NCBI GenBank assembly: GCA_044227445.1
Contig: JBGAWT010000003.1
Span: forward strand, 1 to 38,272
Direction: 5' to 3'
DNA: 38,272 nt
From: Bdellovibrionia bacterium
GTDB taxonomy: Bacteria; Bdellovibrionota; UBA1018
Under the pieces are notes generated by a model. That model was not told where the DNA came from and did no database searches. It saw only the letters and a program-made list of their open reading frames with translations. Positions 11,467 to 21,347 of this stretch are shown here, piece by piece (positions within the stretch are counted from its first letter, which is position 1; each line of letters starts with the position of its first letter). The translations under genes were made by a program, and so were the position numbers.

Positions 11467-12924
11467 ATGGTTTTTCGGGTTTTAGCCTTTTGCGGTGTGC
11501 TCCTAGGATTTGTCAGTGCCCATGCTGCTGAGCCCAGTCACGATACCGAAAAACTGACAGTCACTAAGCCCACCCTTCAACGCCCCACGATGCTTTCCAA
11601 TAGTGGAAACTCCACTACCCCGACTCGACTCATGACTCTGCAGGTCTGGGACGGAAAGCACAGGGACTTTATCGATGCCGGCCTGAGCATCGAGACTACG
11701 CACCCGGGCAAAATCAAAGCTTTCTCTGCATTTCCGTCGCGCAAGGCGATCGCCGTGCTCTACGCTTCGGGCAAACTGTATGTCTACTCCAAGTCTCCAG
11801 CGCCCGTCTCCTCGACCGTCTATAGCCTAGTCGCATCAAACGTGGCAGCCATCGCCGATGGCGCAGACGGAGAAGTTCTCGCTGTCGTGGACGGCAAGGA
11901 TCTGGTTCGGGTCAGCGAAGAAGGAAAGATGAATCGCTTTGGAACCAGCCAACTCTCAACCCCCATCCAAAGCATCCAAGAAATCGAGCGCGGAAAGTTC
12001 CTGATCGTTTCCAAAAACGAGATGGCTCTCATTGGAACCAACGGCGGAATGTTCCAAAAGTTTGACGCCCCCCATTTTCGACGCGTCATGTCCGCCGCAG
12101 CCGCAGATTTTGAGCAGATTCATTCGGTAGCAGCGAACAAGAACCATGCATGGATCTCCGCCACCTACGATCTCTTCAATATGGAAGCAGTCGTTCTGTT
12201 TGACCTCGCCAAGGGGCGTGTCGAAGCGAGCCTTGCGGTTCCGCATCCATTGACCGTTCAGCGCATGTTTGAGATCGAAGCCAACTCCAAGCGCGCGATC
12301 TACAAAGAGGGAATGAATCTCGTTACCGCATCTCCCGACTTCAAGACCTTTGACCGAAACGTCGACTTCTTTGCCAAGATCGCGGCCAAGGAGCCTTCAC
12401 TCTCGCAAACTTTGTTTAACTGGCATCGCGATATCGATGGCGAGCCTCAAAAGTCGCTCCGAGGCCCCAATGCCGTGGCTCGAAGCACGCCCAAGATCTC
12501 GGCGCACCAAGCGGAGTATGGAATTCCCCGACGCCCGCCCGTTGATCCTTCGGTGGTAGCAGCAGCAGCAAAGCAACAGGCATCGCGAGAAGAGAAGCTT
12601 GTTTTTGCTGAGCTTCAAGATCGCTTACCTGACGTGATGACTTTAGAAGACCTGCACACGTGGGCAAATCCCGGAAAAACGGGCTCTGCTTGGGTGGCAT
12701 CCACCGAACACCTCAATCTCTTCCGTAAAGGGCTGGCAGGGCTGGACGAATGGGACCTCGAGCGATGGCTCAAGCTCTCGCCTGAGGGCAAGATCTATCA
12801 GCGCCTGGATTCGCCTCTGCGCGAATTTGCAAAAGATCAGGTAGTAACGGCCATCTCCAAAGGTCTAAGAAATATCGCCAACGGCAAACCCCGCTGCGGC
12901 TCCTACCTCACTTCCGCTCCTTAG
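11467..12924 (+). CDS. Secreted hypothetical protein, possible beta-propeller N-terminal region
   Basis: Signal peptide ending AHA-A; beta-strand-rich repeats followed by a helical C-terminus. Alternative start at TTG 11425. Confidence 0.7.
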   Translation: MVFRVLAFCGVLLGFVSAHAAEPSHDTEKLTVTKPTLQRPTMLSNSGNSTTPTRLMTLQVWDGKHRDFIDAGLSIETTHPGKIKAFSAFPSRKAIAVLYASGKLYVYSKSPAPVSSTVYSLVASNVAAIADGADGEVLAVVDGKDLVRVSEEGKMNRFGTSQLSTPIQSIQEIERGKFLIVSKNEMALIGTNGGMFQKFDAPHFRRVMSAAAADFEQIHSVAANKNHAWISATYDLFNMEAVVLFDLAKGRVEASLAVPHPLTVQRMFEIEANSKRAIYKEGMNLVTASPDFKTFDRNVDFFAKIAAKEPSLSQTLFNWHRDIDGEPQKSLRGPNAVARSTPKISAHQAEYGIPRRPPVDPSVVAAAAKQQASREEKLVFAELQDRLPDVMTLEDLHTWANPGKTGSAWVASTEHLNLFRKGLAGLDEWDLERWLKLSPEGKIYQRLDSPLREFAKDQVVTAISKGLRNIANGKPRCGSYLTSAP

Positions 12925-13366
12925 CGAATAAGGCCTGAAATTCGCCGTAGCCCTCTTCTTCGAGCCGGCTCGCGGGAACAAATCTCAGCGATGCGGAATT
13001 GATGCAGTACCTGAGCCCCGTCGGCCCCGGCCCGTCGTCAAACACATGGCCCAGATGAGTTCCTCCGGCAACCGCCCTGACTTCGGTGCGAGGCATTCCT
13101 AAAATGGAGCGATCCTCATGCTCAGCGACGTTTTCCTTTTTGATCGGCCTCACGAAGCTCGGCCACCCGCTGCCCGAATCGAACTTGTCAGTAGAGGAGA
13201 ACAGCGGCTCCCCCGTCACGATATCCACGTAAATGCCCGGCTCGTGGTTGTCCCAATAAGCGTTTCTAAAGGGCGGCTCCGTTCCGCAAAGCTGCGTCAC
13301 TTCGTACTGCTCAGGGCTGAGCTTGGCTTTGAGCTCACTCTCGGATGGCTTCTTGTAACGGCTCAT
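12908..13366 (-). CDS. msrB: Peptide-methionine (R)-S-oxide reductase MsrB
   Basis: [27 protein letters not shown] and RYCINSASL motifs. Confidence 0.96.
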   Translation of the reverse strand: MSRYKKPSESELKAKLSPEQYEVTQLCGTEPPFRNAYWDNHEPGIYVDIVTGEPLFSSTDKFDSGSGWPSFVRPIKKENVAEHEDRSILGMPRTEVRAVAGGTHLGHVFDDGPGPTGLRYCINSASLRFVPASRLEEEGYGEFQALFAKERK

Positions 13367-13407
13367 ACTTCCCTTCCTCTTTGGTGGCGAACGGGTAAAA
13401 TGCTGCC

Positions 13408-13977
13408 ATGTCGCTCACTCGTTTACCACTGCTGCTTGCGCTGCTCTCGGTTGCGACATGGGCCGCGCCACCCAAGAAAGGACCCACCGTGAAAAAAGAA
13501 ATCGCCGTTCTAGCAGGCGGATGCTTTTGGGGAGTTCAGGACATCCTTCGAAAGCTGCCCGGGGTCCTGCATTCCGAAGTGGGTTACACCGGTGGCGAAA
13601 CGACAAACCCCAAATACGAAGAAGTGAAGAAGGGCTTTAGCGGACATGCCGAGGCGGTACGCGTGGAGTTTGACCCGTCGAAAATCTCCTATGACGAAGT
13701 GCTGAGCTACTTTTTCAGGCTGCACGACCCGACGACGCTCAACCAGCAGGGCAATGACCGCGGCTCCCAGTATCGCAGCGTGATCTTTTACCAAGACGAA
13801 AAGCAAAAACAGGTAGCCGAAGCCAAGAAGAAGTCGGTCGATGCCTCGGGTAAATGGAAAAAACCCGTCGTCACTCAAATCGTTCCGGCTAAGACTTTTT
13901 ACCCGGCAGAGGATTACCACCAGGATTACCTCGTTAAAAACCCAGGCGGCTACACGTGCCACTATCTGCGCGACTGA
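13408..13977 (+). CDS. msrA: Peptide-methionine (S)-S-oxide reductase MsrA with predicted signal peptide
   Basis: [28 protein letters not shown] and AEDYHQDY motifs. Confidence 0.96.
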   Translation: MSLTRLPLLLALLSVATWAAPPKKGPTVKKEIAVLAGGCFWGVQDILRKLPGVLHSEVGYTGGETTNPKYEEVKKGFSGHAEAVRVEFDPSKISYDEVLSYFFRLHDPTTLNQQGNDRGSQYRSVIFYQDEKQKQVAEAKKKSVDASGKWKKPVVTQIVPAKTFYPAEDYHQDYLVKNPGGYTCHYLRD

Positions 13978-14669
13978 TTCCTCTTCTGCTGTTAGCAGGC
14001 TGCACTTCAGATTCGGACCGGGGGTCCGCCCCCAAGCCACGCCCTGAGTGGGCTCAGCTCTCACGCAGGCTCACGGGCGAGAGCGATCAAGTCAGGCGCG
14101 AGGCGCTCAAAAAGATCGCAGCGCTCCCGCGAGCACGCGAATTGCTTCGAGGCGGCATTGAATCCCCAAGCGCTGCGGAACGAGCTCTTGCATGGGATGC
14201 GATTGTGGCACTGGAGTGGCGAGAATTCCTCAAGGATGCGATTGCGCAGATCGAGACCGATCCATCGGGCATTCCGATCCTAGCCGCCGTGGCGCTTGCG
14301 CCCGAAAACGAATTACCCCGAGTGCGCGATGCAATTGCCTCGTGGATCTCGCCCATTCCCGAAGGCGCTCTAGGCGGCCCGCGCTCACTCATCGCGCTTG
14401 AGACCTGGATTCGCCTGCGCGGTCGCTTGGATCGCCCCGGGTGGAAGGCGTGGCTCGAAAAAAGCGGCACCGCTCATCGCTGGGCTGCGCTCGGCGCCCT
14501 GCGCGTTCAATTGCTGCGCGACGGATTGGGCGCGGATCTGGATTCGTTAAGGCTATTTTTGCGGGTAGAAGATCCCGCTCTTAAGCGCCGCGCTCAGGCC
14601 ATCGCAGGCGAGCTCACGCCTGATGCGCAAAAGCGATTGGCACCCGATGTGCTGGGAGAGTCCCCATGA
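13956..14669 (+). CDS. Hypothetical lipoprotein, HEAT-repeat-like
   Basis: GTG start, lipobox LAGC, helical repeats such as 'VRREALKKIA' and 'RWAALGAL'. Confidence 0.65.
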   Translation: MPLSARLIPLLLLAGCTSDSDRGSAPKPRPEWAQLSRRLTGESDQVRREALKKIAALPRARELLRGGIESPSAAERALAWDAIVALEWREFLKDAIAQIETDPSGIPILAAVALAPENELPRVRDAIASWISPIPEGALGGPRSLIALETWIRLRGRLDRPGWKAWLEKSGTAHRWAALGALRVQLLRDGLGADLDSLRLFLRVEDPALKRRAQAIAGELTPDAQKRLAPDVLGESP

Positions 14670-15490
14670 GGGCGGCGTTCATGCTGACAGCGCTGTTCTT
14701 GGCCGGATGCACCCGCACGCATCACTACGAGAGCAAGGCCTGCAAGACGGGATACGAAAAACGCATCCCAGGCGGCCTGCTTAAGATCGCGGTGGCTTTT
14801 GGTTACAAGGACTCACGCCCCGACCGATGGGTAGGAGACCGAGCCGAACGACTCGCGTTCGAAGCGGAGCTCGCGGATCTCGGATTCAAATCTGTACGCG
14901 AGTCCGTCGAATGGCTCGATCCGCACGTAGCTTATCTTCCCTACTCCAAGTGGGTGCTTAAGCGCTGGCCGCGGGGTGAACCGTTGGCCGAGCCCACTTC
15001 TGTTGAGCTCGTGGTTTGGGATTCGACTCTAGGACCTGACGATGAGGTCAACCGCAAGGATCCGTTCCTCAGGGATCACGAGCGAGCGCTCGTTGCGACC
15101 TGGGAGAGCGCGCTGCGAAATGCTTCCTGGCTGCTCTACAACGGACATTCGCGCGACGGAGGCGGACCGGATTTTTCACCGCCCAGGCTTACGGGTGACA
15201 AACATGTGGACTACACCTGGTACGCGCGCTCACAGCAACAGCTAGCGGATTTGCTCTCGGGGCTTGCGACCCACCGCTCGCGCGAGCACCTCAGATTTTT
15301 GGGAATTTATTCCTGCGCATCGACCCAGCATTTTTCGTCCAAGATCGCTGAGCTTAGGCCCGAGCTGCGAGTAGTGAGTAGTCGGTCGTTGCTCTATTGG
15401 AGCGATGCTTTGAGTGCGATGGTGCGAGACCTACGCGGGATGCTGGAGCTCAGGTGCGATGACGCGGGGGCTACGCCGGCAAAGTCATGA
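14666..15490 (+). CDS. Hypothetical lipoprotein with a putative His-Cys dyad (caspase-fold-like)
   Basis: ATGA coupling to the upstream gene, lipobox LAGC, motifs LLYNGHSRDGGGP and LGIYSCAS. Confidence 0.65.
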   Translation: MRAAFMLTALFLAGCTRTHHYESKACKTGYEKRIPGGLLKIAVAFGYKDSRPDRWVGDRAERLAFEAELADLGFKSVRESVEWLDPHVAYLPYSKWVLKRWPRGEPLAEPTSVELVVWDSTLGPDDEVNRKDPFLRDHERALVATWESALRNASWLLYNGHSRDGGGPDFSPPRLTGDKHVDYTWYARSQQQLADLLSGLATHRSREHLRFLGIYSCASTQHFSSKIAELRPELRVVSSRSLLYWSDALSAMVRDLRGMLELRCDDAGATPAKS

Positions 15491-16220
15491 TCAGCGGCAT
15501 GCCTTCGGTGATGACGATCGTATGCTCGTATTGCGCAGTAAAAACCCCGGGATGGGTTACCAACGTCCAGCCGTCACCCTTCTCAACGACTTCGCGAGCG
15601 CCCGAAGAAATGAAGGGCTCGATCGTGATCACCTGATTCTTTTTCAAAATGCGTTTGTCCTGCTTGTCGTAATAACCGGCGATGAAGCCCGGCTCCTCGT
15701 GAAGAGCTCGGCCGACTCCATGGCTTCCTAGGTTTTCAATAACGGTAAGTCCACTCTTGGTCGCCTCGGTCTCAATGGCGTAGCCGATTCGATTGAGAGG
15801 GGCTCCCGCTCGCGCCTCTCGAAGCGCGGACTCAAGAGCGCGTTTCGCGGCCGCGCAGACTCGCTGATGAAGTTTTGACTCAGGTGGGATGATGGCCGAG
15901 CCGCCGGTATCGGCAAAGTAACCATCGAGCTCAGCTGAGACATCGATGTTCACGAGGTCTCCCGCCTTAAGGACTTTTGGCCCCGGAATGCCATGCGCAG
16001 CCTCTTCGTTGACGCTGATGCAGGTGTGGCCCGGAAAGTTATACGTAAGGATGGGGGCCGAGCGGGCTCCATGCGCCGCGAGGAACTGGCCCCCGATCGC
16101 ATCAAGCTCAAGGGTCGTGATGCCGGGCTCGAGTTGAGACTGCATATGCCGGAGGCAGCGCGCGACGATGCGACCGATTTTGCGAAGCCCTTGGAGGTCT
16201 TTTTCGGAATTGATCGACAT
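15471..16220 (-). CDS. map: Type I methionyl aminopeptidase
   Basis: CISVNEEAAHGIP, NIDVS, GYFAD, HGVGRALHEEP, TIEPF and AQYEHT motifs. Confidence 0.96.
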   Translation of the reverse strand: MSINSEKDLQGLRKIGRIVARCLRHMQSQLEPGITTLELDAIGGQFLAAHGARSAPILTYNFPGHTCISVNEEAAHGIPGPKVLKAGDLVNIDVSAELDGYFADTGGSAIIPPESKLHQRVCAAAKRALESALREARAGAPLNRIGYAIETEATKSGLTVIENLGSHGVGRALHEEPGFIAGYYDKQDKRILKKNQVITIEPFISSGAREVVEKGDGWTLVTHPGVFTAQYEHTIVITEGMPLIMTLPA

Positions 16221-16263
16221 GCTCTGAGTTTAACTGAGCTCTGTCGATTTCCGAGTGATTTAT

Positions 16264-17205
16264 TTATGGCCTCACATAAGGGCTTACATATTGAGTTACA
16301 CAACGAGCGTAGAGCTCATGGCTGTCGGAGTTCCAGTTGTTCGGGTAGCCAGCGTTTCCAATGATAAACACGTGCATCCCGCCTCCCGCCCCAGTTGAAG
16401 TCCAATACGGGAAGTTCCCCTTGCTCTTGGAATCCGGCACATTTCGTACGATTTCGCGATAACCATGGTCTTCTGCCTCGATAAATTGATCTTGGCTAGG
16501 AAGGGATTGGATCTGATCGCTGCAGTATTTTTCAGCACCTGGGTTAGTTAGTCTTTTTCCTGTTTGGGCATCACTCCAAGCCAGGTTCGTGACGCGATCT
16601 TTCCAAGCCCCTTTCACTCTCTCAAAGTAGAAGTTTTTCGTGGACAAACAGACAGTTCCGATCGGCGATTCCTGAGAGACTTCCCCGCAACGACTCACGG
16701 GCTTACCCGCAGCTACACAGCGACCCGAGATGACAGGAAACGAAAGATCCTGACTCTCGAAGTCACTCGAGTAACCCATCCGCGCATTAAAAAGGTACTT
16801 TTTGTCCGACGAACCAGGCACGGATGAAGAAGACCAATAGTAGTGATATTTATTTCCAAGCACTTCGGGCCTCATGTCCCAGATCACATCACGAAGCCCA
16901 TGAAGCTCCGCCGTTTCAAAGTCCGCTTTGGAAGGAAGCCGATGATTGGACACTTTGGCGCAATTCTCTTCGGCACCCTTCTGGTTATCGGCATCCTTTT
17001 GGTCCATCCAGGTCAACCCCGACAGGGTGTCTTTCCAACCATCGTCGGCGCGCACAAAGACTACGTTGGCCCGAGTCACACATCGGGTTCCCGTCTGGGG
17101 CGTTTGCGTTGTGCTCTGACACGTCTGAATCGCGGTTTCCTCCGCAAGAGCAGCGCACATCCATAGGCAAGAAAAAGCAACGACAACCCAACGTCTCTGT
17201 TTCAT
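16264..17205 (-). CDS. Secreted protein with two tandem DUF1566/Lcl-like (C-type lectin fold) domains
   Basis: Two copies of WKD..(S/T).L.W...AE..C...LPS...YW(S/T)S...RCV; signal peptide; AGGGG RBS. Confidence 0.7.
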   Translation of the reverse strand: MKQRRWVVVAFSCLWMCAALAEETAIQTCQSTTQTPQTGTRCVTRANVVFVRADDGWKDTLSGLTWMDQKDADNQKGAEENCAKVSNHRLPSKADFETAELHGLRDVIWDMRPEVLGNKYHYYWSSSSVPGSSDKKYLFNARMGYSSDFESQDLSFPVISGRCVAAGKPVSRCGEVSQESPIGTVCLSTKNFYFERVKGAWKDRVTNLAWSDAQTGKRLTNPGAEKYCSDQIQSLPSQDQFIEAEDHGYREIVRNVPDSKSKGNFPYWTSTGAGGGMHVFIIGNAGYPNNWNSDSHELYARCVTQYVSPYVRP

Positions 17206-17321
17206 TTGAATCCCCTCGTGTCAGCAAACGTAAGGGAAGCCCGAAGAGAGGAGTTATATTTTTTTTGTGAAATAAAGGGGGCGTAAATTAATTTTTCGGA
17301 AAATTACGCAAAAAAACCCAA

Positions 17322-18629
17322 CTAATACGAGAGAAAACCCTGGAAGTCCTTCTTAAGCGTCGACCTGTATTCTGCTGAGTCAATGTACCCATCGCGAACG
17401 ACGTCTCGATCCGTTGGCAACCAAAGCTCATGCCCCGAAACAGGAGGAGATAAGAAATCGGGTAATCCATCCATCGTAGTCAAACTTCCCAAATCGATGC
17501 TTGAGATCCAACGATCCTCGGTGAGATTGACGCGCAGGCGTTGGTAGGACGTCCTGCCCAAAAAATCCTCCGTACTTTTCCAGTTCGACTTTCCGAATAG
17601 ATCGATACGAAAATCGCCGCGAACAACTACGCAACTCTCCGACACCGGTCTAACAAAGAAACTGAATAAAGCGACCTTAAGCGGAACCGGGGTTTCATTC
17701 ACGAAATCATCTGCCCGGAGCTTTTTCCCGTCGATTTCGAGAAAATCATAAGCAGAGAACTGCTGAATGCCAGCTCGAGGATTTCCGCACTCTTTCCACT
17801 TAAGTGCCGAAATCGCCTGCTTGTAAGCATCGGAACCTTGGCAAACCTTAACCCCCATAGCAGGCAGGATGGCTTTGCTCTTCTGCTCGCACTCAGGGCT
17901 CAGCGGCGGCCCACGCAGCTCAATTGGGGGTGGCGCCGGCTCATAGTCATATTCGCTATCTTGCTTACAGCGCTGCTCGCAGACGGCGCGATTGATACGA
18001 CTATCTACCTCGCTCTCACAGCGCGCCCGGTCGGCCAAGAAACGTAAAACCTTACAGGCGTTTCGTTCAAGGGTTTGGTTTTCAAGACATCGATGAAAGC
18101 AGCTGGGGTTACGATTCGGGTTTTTTTGAAGCTTTTGTGGGCCGTTGAGCAACGCGAGCACCATCCGAGAGCGCTCATCCGAGTCGCGCTCGATTCCTAA
18201 GATTCCGAAGTATTCGTGAGCCACAAGCCGCTCCGCTAACTCCGGCGACTGGCGCAGAAGATACCACCGACCCGAGCTCAAATGGATTACCTCTCCAAGA
18301 CGCTCACCCGGTGGATTGTTCACAGCATCACGGATAAAACGACGGGGGCACGGGCGCTGAGCTACGAGGCACGCCACCTGAACAGTAATCACCCGAACCT
18401 TGCGAACAGCCTCTTGGAAATCGGACAACGAAAATCCATACACCTGCTGAAGGTGTGCTTGGGAGATCTTCTTGGCCAGCCCCTCGCCAATTTCGCGAAA
18501 CTCGCGCGAGTACTCGTCCCCTCCCCCACTCGAATTCCCACCTGATTCGCTTCCGGAAAAACTAACAGACGTGGAAGCCAAAAAGAACGCTACGGAGGCG
18601 AGCAGTCTGAACGCTCTCTGAATCTTCAT
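17322..18629 (-). CDS. Secreted hypothetical protein with a GGxxxGGGD N-terminal motif and a Cys-rich middle
   Basis: Signal peptide followed by SGGNSSGGGD, LVAHEYFGILG motif, CxxxC clusters. Confidence 0.7.
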   Translation of the reverse strand: MKIQRAFRLLASVAFFLASTSVSFSGSESGGNSSGGGDEYSREFREIGEGLAKKISQAHLQQVYGFSLSDFQEAVRKVRVITVQVACLVAQRPCPRRFIRDAVNNPPGERLGEVIHLSSGRWYLLRQSPELAERLVAHEYFGILGIERDSDERSRMVLALLNGPQKLQKNPNRNPSCFHRCLENQTLERNACKVLRFLADRARCESEVDSRINRAVCEQRCKQDSEYDYEPAPPPIELRGPPLSPECEQKSKAILPAMGVKVCQGSDAYKQAISALKWKECGNPRAGIQQFSAYDFLEIDGKKLRADDFVNETPVPLKVALFSFFVRPVSESCVVVRGDFRIDLFGKSNWKSTEDFLGRTSYQRLRVNLTEDRWISSIDLGSLTTMDGLPDFLSPPVSGHELWLPTDRDVVRDGYIDSAEYRSTLKKDFQGFLSY

Positions 18630-18690
18630 GCCGCATCTCTGTAGCTCCTCACAAGTACTGAAGTCAATTAATCAATTGTTGTTTTTTAAT

Positions 18691-18705
18691 TTTACTTTAA
18701 GTAAA
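18691..18705. promoter_or_regulatory. Perfect 7-1-7 palindrome in the AT-rich divergent promoter region
   Basis: TTTACTT-T-AAGTAAA, ending 9 nt upstream of the regulator's GTG at 18715. Confidence 0.4.
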
Positions 18706-18714
18706 GAACCCTCC

Positions 18715-19671
18715 GTGGATGCTTCTACTGTCTATAGTTTTAAGAACTATCGAGATTTTTTGCTGACCTGGATCCACCTTTCCCCCAAAGGCGGACGAGG
18801 CATGAAGATGCGTCTCGCCGCGGCCGCCAAATGCCAACCTGCTTACTTCAGTCGTATTCTTTCGGGCGATGCCGACCTCAATGGCGAACAAGCGCACGCG
18901 ATGTGCACCTTCTTTGGATTCAATGACGAAGAGGCACAGTTCTTTATCCTGCTTGTTCACCACGGGCGCGCTGGCACCCCGGGCCTAAAGAAACACTACC
19001 AGCGCCAACTCAAAGAGATTTTGGATCGACGTTTTATATTGAAGGAGCGCTTTAAGGTTCCCATGGAACTTTCGGAGGAGTCGCAAGGTCGCTATTACAG
19101 CTCCTGGCTGTTTGCCGCCGTTCATCTCTGTCTTTCGCTCGAGAGACTCCAGTCACGCGCAGAAATCGCGCGTTACTTGTCGGTACCTGAGGCGCGCATC
19201 ACGGAGGTTCTCGAGTTCTTAAGCCAGACGGGCCTTGCAGAAACCCATGCTCACGGATACCGCATGGGAAAATCGCGCATTCACGTGGGCGCGGATTCTG
19301 ATTGGGTCAAACAACACCACATCAACTGGCGCCTGCAAGGAATGCGTACTCTAGACCGGGCGCAGGAGTCCCCGCGTAGGAGCGATCTCCACTACTCGGC
19401 CGTTGTAAGTCTCTCGCGCGCTGACCAGGTCCGCCTCAAAGAAGAACTGCTAGAAACCATCGATCGATTCAATCAACGCGTGGCGGAATCCCCCGCGCAA
19501 GAAGTTCATTGCTTGACGCTCGACTTCTTCGGAGTCGGAAGTCACTCCGTCAGCTTAACGTCGCGAACGCGCAGCGAAGGCGACATGCGACCCCTAAAAC
19601 GATTGATCTCAGGCACCACGGCCCACTCAAGCGGCGTTTCGCGGTCACGCTCCGAGCTCAGGCGCGAATAG
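18715..19671 (+). CDS. TIGR02147/DUF4423 family putative HTH DNA-binding protein
   Basis: N-terminal YRDFL, HTH LAAAAKCQPAYFSRILSG, YYSSW, HHINWR and C-terminal LTLDFF. GTG 18715 is the preferred start. Confidence 0.85.
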   Translation: MDASTVYSFKNYRDFLLTWIHLSPKGGRGMKMRLAAAAKCQPAYFSRILSGDADLNGEQAHAMCTFFGFNDEEAQFFILLVHHGRAGTPGLKKHYQRQLKEILDRRFILKERFKVPMELSEESQGRYYSSWLFAAVHLCLSLERLQSRAEIARYLSVPEARITEVLEFLSQTGLAETHAHGYRMGKSRIHVGADSDWVKQHHINWRLQGMRTLDRAQESPRRSDLHYSAVVSLSRADQVRLKEELLETIDRFNQRVAESPAQEVHCLTLDFFGVGSHSVSLTSRTRSEGDMRPLKRLISGTTAHSSGVSRSRSELRRE

Positions 19672-21346
19672 AGCGCCAAATCTTCTGCGGCGCCAAACCA
19701 AATCGAGTCCACGAGATAACCCGTGTCGCCCACTAAAGTGAACTTCAGATGCCGGTTCTTAAGAGCTCGATAACCTGGCTGAGCGATGCGCGCGCGCACG
19801 CGGATCAGAGGCTCGGGATTTCCTGGACCAAACGGACCTAAGCGCTCCAGCTGCTGAAGCGCTTTGAGGTCTAAGTCTTCTAGCGCGCATGACGTATCGA
19901 TCTTAAGCGGCGAGGCTTGAGGCGCTTCGTGATCGCCAGTCATTGCCTCGTTAAACGCTTCGGCAAACGCGGCCAGACTTTCTTCCTTCAAGCTCACACC
20001 CGCTGCGTGGCGGTGCCCACCGAAGCCCGCCAAAAATGCCGAAGACGCGCGCAAGCCGGCCAAAACATCTTTGCCCGCATAAGTGCGTGCGCTGCCTTTG
20101 GCGTGCCCTTCGCGAATTCCAATGACGATGGCAGGCCTGTGAAAGGTTTCAGTAACACGCGAAGCGACAATTCCGACCACGCCCTCGTGCCAGCGCACAG
20201 AGCCTACGACCACCGCGTGCGAAAAGCGGCCCGCAGCGATTCCCGCTTCGACTTCGGCGCGAACCTCGTCCCAGATCTCGTTTTGTAGCTTGGCGCGCTC
20301 TTGGTTGATCGCCTCGAGCTCCTGCGCAAGCACTTGAGCGCGCGCAGCATCTTGAGTCGACAACAGCTCCAGCGCCAGGCTTGCCGAACCCATTCGGCCC
20401 GAAGCGTTGATGCGAGGGCCCAGAACAAACCCCAGGTGTCCTGGGCTCAGGTCCTTGCCGGCTTCGATCCCAGCGGCCGTAAGCAACGCACGGAGCCCTG
20501 GCTTAGGAGAAGCCTTGAGCACCTGTAGTCCGTGGCGACCCAAAATATGGTTGTCGCCCACGAGCGGCACGAGATCGGCCGCCGTACCCATGCACCAGGT
20601 CTAAGTGCTGGCGCAAATTGGGCTCACAACCGATCCTTAAACCCAGCCGTGCTCTGCGCGACCTTTAGCGCGAAGGCCCAACGACAAGTAAAACGCCAGA
20701 CCACAACCGCAGAGCTGCTTGAGCCCGCTTGGGCAATCCGCGCGCTGAGGATTGATCACCGCAACGGCTTCGGGCAATCCTTTTACAGGATCGATCTGAT
20801 GGTGATCCACGATGATGAGCTCGATGCCCAACTCACGCGCGCGCGAGGCGGCCGCAAAACTCGTGATCCCGCAGTCCACTGTGACAAGTACCCGAACACC
20901 GGCAGCATGGGCTTCTTCGACCGCTCCGACATTGAGGCCATAGCCATCTTTGAAGCGATCGGGTTGGCGCGCATCCCAAGCAAAGCCTAGGTCCCGAAAA
21001 ACCAGAACTCAAGCGCGGAACCCGTCGTGCCATCCACATCGTAATCGCCAAAGATCCTAACGGACTCTCCGGCGTCGCGGAGCACGCACCAGGCGTTCGG
21101 CAGCGGCTTCGAGATCTCTGATTTCAAAAGGATGCTGGTCCTCTAAAGAGGGCGAAAGGAAGCTTGCGATCTCATCGGCCGTCGTGAGGCCTCCGGTTCT
21201 GGCAGATCTCCACGACCGGGACTCAGTCCCGTCTCACGGGCCAGATCCCGCGAGACCACCGCGTCGAAAGAAGAAGACGCGACAGGAATCCACTCCCTCC
21301 CGGCTAAAACCCCGGTGCTTTTGGAGCTGAGATTCCCCCCGTTCAT
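19542..21346 (-). CDS. recJ: ssDNA-specific exonuclease RecJ, multiple frameshifts in the 5' half
   Basis: IFGDYDVDG, PDRFKDGYG, TVDCG, VDHH, INP, LCGCG, PRINASGR, GGHRHAAG and PFGPGNPEP motifs are spread over different frames. Confidence 0.92.
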
Positions 21347-21347
21347 A

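Noticed and set aside
18628-18714. ORF-track start of the TIGR02147 gene at 18628
   Set aside because: It overlaps the divergent gene's start and spans an AT-rich promoter region. Family similarity begins after GTG 18715.
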